This document shows positions 1 to 8,200 of a stretch of DNA of 14,211 bases, piece after piece. The notes below the pieces were generated by a model, which ran no database searches, was not told where the DNA came from, and was given only the letters and a program-made list of their open reading frames with translations. Position 1 is the first letter of the stretch; every line of letters begins with the position of its first letter. The stretch is from Ignavibacteriales bacterium (GTDB lineage: Bacteria > Bacteroidota > Ignavibacteria > UBA10030 > UBA6906): contig JBBIRR010000067.1 of the NCBI GenBank assembly GCA_037441705.1, positions 1 through 14,211 on the forward strand, given 5' to 3'. Both the position numbers and the translations under genes were made by a program.

Positions 1-1
1 T

Positions 2-388
2 CAGAACGTGATTGACATGATGCTGGAGCAGAAGAACGTGAAGGAGTATGGCGGAACGATGCGGCTCGGCGCCTATCCCTGCAAGCTGACGAAAGGAACG
101 AAAGCCTTTCAAGCCTACAAGCAGGAGTTGATCTCCGAGCGCCACCGGCATCGGTTCGAAGTCAACGATGCGTTCAAAGACAAGCTTGCCGCACGCGGCA
201 TGGTCTTCAGCGGCATTTGCCCGGACAACGGCCTGACCGAGATCATCGAGCTGCCGGACCATCCGTGGTTTCTCGGTGTCCAGTTCCATCCCGAGCTGAA
301 GTCACGCGCAACCAACCCGCACCCGCTCTTCCGTGACTTCGTGAAGGCGGCGATGGAATATCAGGAAGAGAAGACCGGCAGGGATTGA
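2..388 (+). CDS. pyrG: CTP synthase, C-terminal glutamine amidotransferase part (5'-truncated by window edge)
   Basis: Frame is open from the window start. PyrG motifs [33 protein letters not shown] (catalytic His-x-Glu) and HPLF are present. Stop TGA at 386-388. Confidence 0.97.
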   Translation, partial: QNVIDMMLEQKNVKEYGGTMRLGAYPCKLTKGTKAFQAYKQELISERHRHRFEVNDAFKDKLAARGMVFSGICPDNGLTEIIELPDHPWFLGVQFHPELKSRATNPHPLFRDFVKAAMEYQEEKTGRD

Positions 389-411
389 GTGGCGCCGAAC
401 CCATGCCGCCA

Positions 412-1620
412 TCACTTCAAGGCTTGAGCAAAGTCCTCCTTCAGATCATCAACCCCTTCCACGCCTACCGAGATGCGAACCATGCCGGGCGTAACGCCGT
501 GGCGCGCCAGTTCCTCGCTTGTCATGTTGATGTGTGAAGAATAGACCGGAATGCTGACGAGCGTCTCCACGCCGCCGAGCGACATGGCATTCACCGCAAC
601 GCGGAGCGAGTCGCACAAGCGCACGGCAGCTTTCAATCCCCCTTTCAACTCGATCGTGACCATGCCGCCGAAGCCGCCGGTCATCTGACGCTCTGCGACG
701 GCATGCTGTGGATGCGAACGGAGGCCGGGATAGAGCACACGCTGCACCTTCGGATGACGTTCGAGAAACCGTGCCAGCGCCATCGCGTTCTCATTCTGCC
801 GCTGCACGCGCAGCGCAAACGTCTTCAGGCTTCGGTACAGCAGGTACGACATCATCGGATCGGGGCTGCCGCCGAGGTACTTCAGCAACGTGTGAACGCC
901 CTTGACGAACTTCTTCGTGCCGGCGACAACGCCTGCAAGCAGATCGCTGTGACCGCCCAGATACTTTGTTCCGCTTTCCACGATCACGTCAACACCGAAG
1001 TCAAACGGATGCTGGTTCAGGCAGGTTGCAAACGTATTGTCAATCATCGCAACGATTCTTGTCGAGAACATTTTCTCGGCACGACGGGTCGCCTCCACGA
1101 GCGCCTTGATGTCCACAATGCCGAGCGTGGGATTGGTGGGCGTCTCGAAATAGACGAGCCGCGTGTGCCGCGTTGCAAGGGGGATGAGGGTTTCGGGATC
1201 GAGCGGGTTCATATACTTCACCGCGACCCCGAGGGAGGGAAGGATGTCACGGAAAAATCGGTACGTTCCTCCGTACAGCGCAGGCGTGCTGATGATCTCG
1301 TCTCCCGCGCGTACCACCGAAAGGATTGCCGAGCTGATTGCCGCCATCCCGGACGAGAACAGCAGCGCCCGTTCGGCCTGCATCATCAGCGCAAGGTGTT
1401 CTTCCACTTCTGCCGTTGTCGGGTTGTGGTATCGGGTGTAGACGAACACATCCGGATCGCCCTGCGCATAGCGCACGGCATCGTTGCTGCTGTCGAACCT
1501 GTAGGTTGAAGTTTGGTAGATGGGGAAAGCGACGGGTCCTTTGTACGCGTACAGTTTATTGCCGTGAATGGCGCGTGTGGCGAGGGACAGGGTCGAGGGC
1601 GAGCGGCGTTTCTTTTTCAT
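412..1620 (-). CDS. PLP-dependent Cys/Met metabolism enzyme (cystathionine gamma-lyase/gamma-synthase/methionine gamma-lyase family)
   Basis: Motifs PIYQTSTY, YTRYHNPT, FSSGMAAIS, LYGGTY, ETPTNP, DNTFAT, SGTKYLGGHSD (PLP Lys), SLGGVETL and RISVGVE. Start placed at ATG 1620 (MKKKR) rather than TTG 1650. Substrate specificity cannot be determined. Confidence 0.92.
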   Translation of the reverse strand: MKKKRRSPSTLSLATRAIHGNKLYAYKGPVAFPIYQTSTYRFDSSNDAVRYAQGDPDVFVYTRYHNPTTAEVEEHLALMMQAERALLFSSGMAAISSAILSVVRAGDEIISTPALYGGTYRFFRDILPSLGVAVKYMNPLDPETLIPLATRHTRLVYFETPTNPTLGIVDIKALVEATRRAEKMFSTRIVAMIDNTFATCLNQHPFDFGVDVIVESGTKYLGGHSDLLAGVVAGTKKFVKGVHTLLKYLGGSPDPMMSYLLYRSLKTFALRVQRQNENAMALARFLERHPKVQRVLYPGLRSHPQHAVAERQMTGGFGGMVTIELKGGLKAAVRLCDSLRVAVNAMSLGGVETLVSIPVYSSHINMTSEELARHGVTPGMVRISVGVEGVDDLKEDFAQALK

Positions 1621-1650
1621 ACGAAAACAGAAATGAGTTGTGATGAACAA

Positions 1651-2586
1651 TCAGATCGGGCTGTGCTTGAGATGATACGGCAACAGCGCCGCGTAGATGG
1701 CCCGGTGCACCGGCGTCGGGATGCCGAGGCGCTGTCCTTCTTTCATGATAAGACCGGAAAACGCCTCGATCTCCAGACGTTTCCCATGAACAAGATCATG
1801 ATAAAGAGACGAGCGTGAGTTATTGTCGTATCGTTTCAAGATTTCGAATATCTGATCCACGAAGTTTGTGGGAAGCGGTATGCCCCGCGCGCGGGCAACG
1901 GCGTAGGTTTCGTTCATCGCATCGCGCAGAAGCTCACGCGTGTCGGGAACCGCGAGGATTTCGCCGAGCGTCAGGCGCGTCAGGGCCGTCATGCCGCCCA
2001 CGGCGGCAATGAAGATAAACTTCTTCCATAACTCGACCTGAATGGCGTCCGACAGCTCTGCATTGATGCCGGCCCTTCGCATCGTTTGATGAAGAGCGCG
2101 TGCTCGCAGCGTTGTGGCCTCATCCCGCTTCTGGAGTTCGCCGAACACAATCTTCGTCGGTCCCACGGTATGGGTGATGACCCCCGGCGCCGTAATCGTA
2201 GCGTAGATGTACGCCACGCCGCCGAAGACGATGCCCTGCGGAACAATGCGCTGAATCTTTTCCTCGTTATCCACCCCGTTTTGCAGGCTGATGATAATCG
2301 TCTCCGGTGCAAGAATCGGGGCGAGCTGTTGCGCGGCGCTCTCCGTGTCGTAGGACTTCACACAGAACAGCACAACGTCAGCCGTACCGATCTCATCGAG
2401 ACGATCCGTCATCTTGCCGGGCGGCACGACCCAGCTTCCTTCGAAGGAGTCGATGCGCAGTCCGTGTGCGCGCAGAGCATCGAGATGCGCGCCGCGTGCA
2501 ACGAACCACACATCCTCACCGGCCTTTGCCAGCATGCCGCCGAAATACCCGCCGACCCCACCGGCGCCTATGACTGCGAATCTCAT
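1651..2586 (-). CDS. panE: 2-dehydropantoate 2-reductase (ketopantoate reductase, PanE/ApbA family)
   Basis: Rossmann motif GAGGVGG, plus CVKSYD, SLQNG, ELWKKF (catalytic Lys), SSLYHDL and EIEAFSG (catalytic Glu). 311 aa. The start overlaps the upstream stop (ATGA). Confidence 0.92.
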   Translation of the reverse strand: MRFAVIGAGGVGGYFGGMLAKAGEDVWFVARGAHLDALRAHGLRIDSFEGSWVVPPGKMTDRLDEIGTADVVLFCVKSYDTESAAQQLAPILAPETIIISLQNGVDNEEKIQRIVPQGIVFGGVAYIYATITAPGVITHTVGPTKIVFGELQKRDEATTLRARALHQTMRRAGINAELSDAIQVELWKKFIFIAAVGGMTALTRLTLGEILAVPDTRELLRDAMNETYAVARARGIPLPTNFVDQIFEILKRYDNNSRSSLYHDLVHGKRLEIEAFSGLIMKEGQRLGIPTPVHRAIYAALLPYHLKHSPI

Positions 2587-4253
2587 GGCGAAACAGATGT
2601 TTGTTCAACAACAGGAAGAGCAGGCTCTGCAAAGATAATCTTTTCTCGCTCAACCACCACCGCGCCCGGCGCCGCGCCCTTCGGTTTGCGCACGTACTTC
2701 TTCTCCGTCATCGCCACGGGCACCATCTTTGCGTTACGCATCTTGCTGTAGTATGCCGCGATGGCCGCCGCCTGTTCTTTCGCCTTTTTGCTCGGCTCGC
2801 CCTTGCCGCTGCCGACTTTCAGGACGACGTGAGATCCGGAGGCGCCGCGCACGTGAAACCACAGATCGGCGGGCTTGGCGTACTTCAGCGTGAGTTCGTC
2901 GTTCTTGGTGCTGCTTTTCCCCACCCACACCTCGAAGCCGCCGTCGACGGTGAAGACGCGGTAGGGAAGTTGTGCGCGCTGCTCCTGCGTTCGTCCAACT
3001 CCTGCACGAGCCAGTTCATTCTTGTGTTCCGTCATGAAACGCTGCATCTCCTCAGAGGTTGAAACATGTTCGAGCTGCGCGATGAGCTGTTCGGTGGAGG
3101 CGAGAATGTCTCGAAGCGCGGCGAGACGCGTCGCCGCCTGCTTGTGCGCTGCGCGCGCCCGTTTCGCCTTTTCGTAGTAGCGTTGAGCATTCTCTGCGGG
3201 CGATAACGATTTCTGAAGAGGAATGGTGAGGCCCTCCTCCGCAATGGTCACGTGTTCGTCGCCGCGTCGTATCCGGTGAAGGTGAGCCATCAGCAGGTCA
3301 CCAAAGTGCTGATACTCCTCTGCCCGTGCAGTGTCTCGAACCTCACGCTCTACGGCTTCCACCGCGTTTCTGGTCTTGGTCAACGTGTTCATCAGCTTCG
3401 CAGCAAGCGCCTTTCGCTGTTTCTCCAGAGCCGCGTGCGAGCGACGAGACGAAATAAAAAACCGGATTGCGTCATGAACATCTCCCCTCATCACTTCTTT
3501 CATGTGTGAAAGATGAGAAAGGGGGATGAGAGAGAAGATTGCAGGCTTGCCCGCGTGTGCGCCCTCTTCATGAAGATACACTCGTGGCGCAGGCGCAGCC
3601 AGGTCCGTGAGGAGTGATGCGAGTGCTCGTTGGATGGCGAGCAGCTCGTTGTTCGTAATGCTTGCAGCATGCCTCGTTGTGGAGACCGATGCCCGATAGA
3701 GAAGCTCCTTCACTAACGTCGAACCGAGAGTGGGGAACGCTTCCTTTACAACGGAGGTCAACGCGGCATTCGGGGCTGCCGCGAGTCGCGCGCACAGCGC
3801 GTTCACATCATACACGAGGTCGTCTGAGCAGTACTCAACGCGCGTTCCCATCATTTGCTTCGCCTGTTTGAACGCGTCGAGAACCCGGTCCGTGTCGTCG
3901 ACCAGAAACACATTGGCTTTCGAACCAAAGAAGCATGCATCGAGACGACTCCCGGTGTCCAGGACGAACATAACCACACGATCCGCAGGATGCATCCGCA
4001 CCTCGTTGATTCTGCGGCCCACTGCGACTGTGAGGACATCCGCGGTATTTTTCCGCGCGCGGGCGGCGTTCGGCTTGAGCCAGAGTGTGTTGAACGTCGG
4101 TTCGCATGAGATGATAAGCCCGTCGTCCAGACGTTCGAAGCGAAGCGTGAGTCGATCCTTTTCCTGTGAAAAGGCCTCGCAGATAGTTCTGCCAATCAAC
4201 CTTGGCGCCAGGGTGCTGGTGATATAGTGCAAGGTGTGATAATTGGTTAGCAT
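2583..4253 (-). CDS. rqcH: NFACT-family ribosome quality-control factor (RqcH/Rqc2/FbpA-like)
   Basis: NFACT-N with DR motif (HPADRVV), HhH region (FPTLGSTLVKE), coiled coil, SPAENAQRYYEKAK, and NFACT-R (VGKSSTKNDELT, DLWFHVRGASGSHVV, AAYYSK, YVRKPKG). Start set at ATG 4253 (MLTNY); the longer ORF-track start runs through the promoter region. Confidence 0.9.
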   Translation of the reverse strand: MLTNYHTLHYITSTLAPRLIGRTICEAFSQEKDRLTLRFERLDDGLIISCEPTFNTLWLKPNAARARKNTADVLTVAVGRRINEVRMHPADRVVMFVLDTGSRLDACFFGSKANVFLVDDTDRVLDAFKQAKQMMGTRVEYCSDDLVYDVNALCARLAAAPNAALTSVVKEAFPTLGSTLVKELLYRASVSTTRHAASITNNELLAIQRALASLLTDLAAPAPRVYLHEEGAHAGKPAIFSLIPLSHLSHMKEVMRGDVHDAIRFFISSRRSHAALEKQRKALAAKLMNTLTKTRNAVEAVEREVRDTARAEEYQHFGDLLMAHLHRIRRGDEHVTIAEEGLTIPLQKSLSPAENAQRYYEKAKRARAAHKQAATRLAALRDILASTEQLIAQLEHVSTSEEMQRFMTEHKNELARAGVGRTQEQRAQLPYRVFTVDGGFEVWVGKSSTKNDELTLKYAKPADLWFHVRGASGSHVVLKVGSGKGEPSKKAKEQAAAIAAYYSKMRNAKMVPVAMTEKKYVRKPKGAAPGAVVVEREKIIFAEPALPVVEQTSVSP

Positions 4254-4265
4254 GATGTTGTCAAC

Positions 4266-4294
4266 AATATAGTGAAAATCAGCGCTTTTGGCAC
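4266..4294 (-). promoter_or_regulatory. Candidate sigma-70-type promoter of the rqcH-panE operon
   Basis: Minus strand GTGCCA (4294-4289) - 17 nt - TATATT (4271-4266), ending 12 nt before the ATG at 4253. This implies a very short leader. Confidence 0.45.
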
Positions 4295-4310
4295 GATTTT
4301 GCGGCTCTGC

Positions 4311-4360
4311 TGTGGACAACTTGTGGATTGTGGATAAGATGTGCACTGCTGTGTGAGTAA
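4311..4360. promoter_or_regulatory. Cluster of co-oriented DnaA-box-like 9-mers
   Basis: TGTGGATAA at 4329-4337 is the perfect reverse complement of TTATCCACA. Also TGTGGACAA 4311-4319 (1 mismatch), TGTGGATTG 4322-4330 (2) and TGTGAGTAA 4352-4360 (2). Confidence 0.6.
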
Positions 4361-4390
4361 GGTGTACGAGGTGTGGGGGGGCGAAACGAG

Positions 4391-4434
4391 CGGGACTCCA
4401 TCGTCACGTGTTTGTAGCGGACGATGGAGTCCCG
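4391..4434 (-). terminator. Perfect 15-bp stem-loop; probable terminator or 3' stabilising hairpin of the NifX-like gene
   Basis: CGGGACTCCATCGTC (4391-4405) pairs with GACGATGGAGTCCCG (4420-4434) around a 14-nt loop, about 30 nt after the stop at 4464. The U-tract on the minus strand is weak (CTCGTTTC). Confidence 0.55.
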
Positions 4435-4463
4435 TGATGCGCATACAGATTCAGGCGGGGGCT

Positions 4464-4943
4464 TCAGTGTCCTCGGCCTGCGTACTGTTGCAGGTGATGA
4501 TGTCCCCGCGGCGAATCAGAATGATACGGTGAGACAGTAACCGGAATTTTGGGTCCACGTCGTTTCGGGATTGGGCGACGGAGTGTCGCCACCACTGCGC
4601 CCTTCTCTTGAGTAAGAGCCTCGCACTGCAGCAGCGGCACAGCCGATGCGCGAATCTTCTCGATCGCTTCGTGTGCCGCGATGCCGTGCAGGAGTGCGGC
4701 GCGCATGTCGTGTGCGCGCAGAAGCTTCAAAGAACTCTCGCCGAACTTTCCTGCAATCACAACCGAAACACCTTGCGTCGCTGCTTTCTCCAACGCCGCG
4801 TGCCTATCCTGCGGCGTGACATGCTGCAGCACTTCTGTTGCGCGCGTCTCCATATCCACAAGCAGATACCACGACGCGTGCTCGAATCGCTTTGCGACCA
4901 AACTCTCGAGACGATTACCTACCGACGCTATGAGAACTTTCAT
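4464..4943 (-). CDS. NifB/NifX-family (COG1433, FeMo-cofactor-binding-like fold) protein with a basic, His-rich C-terminal extension
   Basis: N-terminus MKVLIAS.G..LES.V..RF..A.WYLLVD and GVSVVIAGKFGESS..LL match the family pattern. Strong SD (AAGGGAGG) shortly upstream of the ATG. Confidence 0.75.
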   Translation of the reverse strand: MKVLIASVGNRLESLVAKRFEHASWYLLVDMETRATEVLQHVTPQDRHAALEKAATQGVSVVIAGKFGESSLKLLRAHDMRAALLHGIAAHEAIEKIRASAVPLLQCEALTQEKGAVVATLRRPIPKRRGPKIPVTVSPYHSDSPRGHHHLQQYAGRGH

Positions 4944-5014
4944 AGGACCCTCCCTTGGTTCGTGTAAGGTTGAGATGACAAAGAACGGTAGGGGAACATA
5001 ACGGCTGCACGTAT

Positions 5015-5043
5015 ATGGTAGAGCAGTTTGTCGAAAGAGTCAA
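5015..5043 (-). promoter_or_regulatory. Candidate sigma-70 promoter of the NifX-like gene
   Basis: Minus strand TTGACT (5043-5038) - 17 nt - TACCAT (5020-5015). Confidence 0.55.
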
Positions 5044-5182
5044 GAGGTAGAGAGACGTGAGAAGAATGTGTTGAAGAAAGTGACGGCAATGATTCCCACA
5101 ATCTCCGAAGAATTTTCCCATTTCTTGGAATGTCGCCGTGCCAATCTGCGCAAATCACTTCATTTTCCGTTCGGCCGATGCG

Positions 5183-5198
5183 TGGCACATATTTGGCA
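5183..5198 (+). promoter_or_regulatory. Candidate sigma-54 (-24/-12) promoter upstream of nifJ
   Basis: TGGCAC-ATATT-TGGCA: GG at 5184-5185 and GC at 5196-5197 give the canonical GG-N10-GC spacing, with one mismatch to TGGCAC-N5-TTGCW. It lies about 65 nt before the ATG at 5264. Confidence 0.5.
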
Positions 5199-5235
5199 AA
5201 TTCTTGAGAGGTTGATTAGATTGAGACGCACACGA

Positions 5236-5252
5236 TTTGTTACTTTAGCAAA
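5236..5252. promoter_or_regulatory. Imperfect palindrome (possible operator) overlapping an extended -10 element
   Basis: TTTGTTA-CTT-TAGCAAA (6 of 7 positions symmetric) contains TG-T-TACTTT (5238-5246) and ends 11 nt before the nifJ start. Confidence 0.4.
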
Positions 5253-5263
5253 AGGCTACAACG

Positions 5264-8200
5264 ATGAAACGTCAAACGGTGACGATCGACGGCAACGAAG
5301 CCGCCGCGTATGTTGCACACAAGCTGAATGAAGTCATCGCCATCTATCCCATTACACCATCGTCGAACATGGGCGAATGGGCAGATGAGTGGTCGGCGCA
5401 GGGGAGAACAAATTTGTGGGGAACAGTCCCCTCGGTGACGGAAATGCAGAGTGAAGGCGGAGCGGCGGGCGCAATTCACGGCGCACTGCAGAGTGGAGCG
5501 CTCGCAACGACGTTTACGGCATCGCAAGGCCTGCTGCTGATGATCCCGAACATGTACAAAATCGCCGGCGAGTTGACATCTACCGTCTTTCACGTTTCGG
5601 CGCGAACGCTTGCCACACACGCGCTCTCGATCTTCGGCGACCATAGCGACGTGATGGCGACGCGGCAAACGGGCTTTGCGTTGCTGGCGTCGAACTCCGT
5701 GCAGGAGGTGATGGACATGGCGCTGATTGCTCAGGCGGCAACATTGGCCGGCCGCGTGCCGGTTCTCCACTTCTTCGACGGCTTCCGCACCTCGCACGAA
5801 GTCATGAAGATCGAACAGCTCACCGATGAGGACCTGCGCGCGATGATTGACGAGGACCTGATACGCGCCCATCGCGCTCGCGCACTCAATCCTGAGCATC
5901 CGGTGTTGCGCGGCACGGCGCAGAACCCGGATGTGTTCTTCCAAGCGCGCGAAACCGTCAATCCCTTCTACGCCGCCTTCCCCGACGTTGTGCAGCAGAC
6001 GATGGATCGCTTTGCACGGATCGTCGGGCGTCAGTATCGTCTGTTCGATTACGTCGGATCGCCGACGGCGGAACGCGTGATCGTGCTGATGGGTTCGGGC
6101 GCGGAGACGGCCCAGGAAACCGTCGAGTATTTGAACAAGCGCGGAGAAAATCTCGGCATCGTGAAAGTTCGGCTCTACCGTCCGTTCGACGTGAAGGGCT
6201 TCGTGAACGCGTTGCCGAAGACGGTCAAGAGCATTGCCGTGCTCGATCGCACGAAAGAACCCGGCGCCGCCGGCGAGCCGCTCTACCAGGATGTCGTCAC
6301 CGCGATTACCGAGACGTTCATCAACAACGAACTCCCCTTCCCCATGCCGAAAATCATCGGCGGCCGGTACGGACTCTCCTCGAAGGAGTTCACGCCGGCA
6401 ATGGTCAAGGCGGTGTTCGATGAATTGAAGAAGGAGAAACCGAAGAACCACTTCACCGTCGGCATTGTGGATGATGTCAGCTTCACCAGCCTCGATTGGG
6501 ATCCGACATTCAGTACCGAACCCGACGACGTCGTTCGTGCCGTCTTTTACGGTCTGGGTGCCGACGGCACGGTGGGGGCGAACAAGAACTCGATAAAAAT
6601 CATCGGCGAGGATACGGACTTCTACGCGCAGGGATATTTCGTGTACGATTCGAAGAAGTCCGGCTCCACTACTGTCTCCCATTTGCGGTTCGGTCCTCGT
6701 CCGATTCATTCTGCCTATCTTATTGATCGGGCAAATTTCGTGGCGTGCCATCAGTGGTTCTTCCTGGAAAAATACGACGTGCTGAAGGCAGCGGTCCCCG
6801 GCGCGACATTCCTGCTGAACAGCTACTACGGTCCCGATCAGGTGTGGGACAAACTGCCGCGCCACATTCAGGAGGAAATCGTTCAGAAGAAGCTAAAGTT
6901 CTATGTGATTGACGGATACAACGTGGCGCAGCAAACGGGCATGGGCGCGCGCATCAACACCATCATGCAGACCTGCTTCTTTGCAATTTCCGGCGTGCTG
7001 CCGCGTGAACAAGCCATCGCCGCCATCAAGAACGCGATCAAGAAGACGTACGGAAAGAAAGGCGACCAGATCGTCCAGCAGAACTTCGCGGCCGTTGATC
7101 AAACGCTGGCGAATCTGTTCGAGGTGAAGGTGCCCGATCGTGTCACCAGTACGATCGAGATGCCGCCGACGGTCTCCGACAGAGCGCCGGAGTTCGTTAA
7201 GAACGTTACGGCAAAAATCATCGCGGGCTTCGGCGATGCGCTGCCGGTGAGTGCCTTCCCCAAGGACGGTACGTGGCCCACGGGTACGGCGCAGTGGGAG
7301 AAGCGGAACATCGCGCTCGAAATTCCGATCTGGGATGAGACGGGAACGTGCATTCAATGCAACAAATGCGCGATCGTCTGTCCGCACGCCGCCATCCGCG
7401 TCAAGGTGTACGATCCGAAGGAACTTGCCGACGCGCCCCCGACATTCAAGTCCATGGATTACAAAGGGACGGAGTACAAAGGCATGAAGTACACCGTGCA
7501 GGTCGCGCCGGAAGATTGCACCGGCTGCGGCATTTGCGTTGACATTTGCCCGGCAAAGAACAAGAAAGAGACGCGGCTCAAAGCAATCAACATGACGCCG
7601 CAGCCGCCGATCCGCGAGCGCGAACGCATCAACTACGATTTCTTCCTCTCGATTCCCGAGGTGGATCGTCGGACCATCAAGTTCGATTCGGTGAAGGGGT
7701 CGCAGTTTGCGCAGCCGCTGTTCGAGTACTCCGGCGCGTGTACGGGATGCGGCGAAACGCCGTATGTAAAACTTGCGACGCAGCTCTTCGGCGATCGGAT
7801 GATTGTGGCGAACGCGACAGGCTGTTCGTCCATCTACGGGGGCAATCTTCCCACCACACCGTGGACCGTCACGCCTGAAGGACGCGGACCGGCGTGGAGC
7901 AACTCGCTGTTCGAGGATAATGCCGAGTTCGGATTGGGCATGCGTCTCGCCATCGACAAGCAGAACGAGATGGCACGAGAGTTAGTCGAGAAACTGAAGA
8001 GTGCGATGGGCGAGGAGCTTGCCGGCGCAATCCTCAACGCCGATCAATCGGACGAGCCCGGCATCTACGAACAACGTCAGCGCGTCGAGGAACTCAAACA
8101 GAAGCTTGCAGCAATGACCACACCCGACGCACAGCGCCTGCTTTCTCTGGCGGACATGCTGGTGAAAAAGAGTGTGTGGATTATGGGAGGCGATGGCTGG

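Noticed and set aside
389-411. Bidirectional terminator between pyrG and the lyase gene
   Set aside because: Only a 5-bp stem (TGGCG/CGCCA) and no U-tracts.
412-1620. Specific call as methionine gamma-lyase (mgl/mdeA), metB or metC
   Set aside because: It has YGG rather than the YGC typical of Pseudomonas-type MGL, and these subfamilies cannot be separated reliably by eye.
4288-4303. Sigma-54-like TTGGCACGATTTTGC on the plus strand
   Set aside because: Spacing is GG-N9-GC rather than N10, and it points away from any sense gene. The same bases serve better as the minus-strand -35.
4254-4346. Longer start for rqcH
   Set aside because: The extension covers the promoter-like elements and DnaA boxes. 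NFACT-like sequence begins at MLTNY.
5126-5144. TTGGCACG on the minus strand as a divergent sigma-54 promoter
   Set aside because: There is no GC at the -12 position.
4915-5331. Small ORFs in the divergent intergenic region (4940-5188, 4915-5121, 5068-5331)
   Set aside because: They have no SD or recognisable motifs and overlap the promoter elements.
5240-6865. 541-aa antisense ORF and other long shadow ORFs (703-1509, 10423-11334, 11841-12650, 12925-13650, 13554-14162)
   Set aside because: They lie opposite well-supported genes, have no recognisable motifs, and are expected from codon bias in GC-rich DNA.
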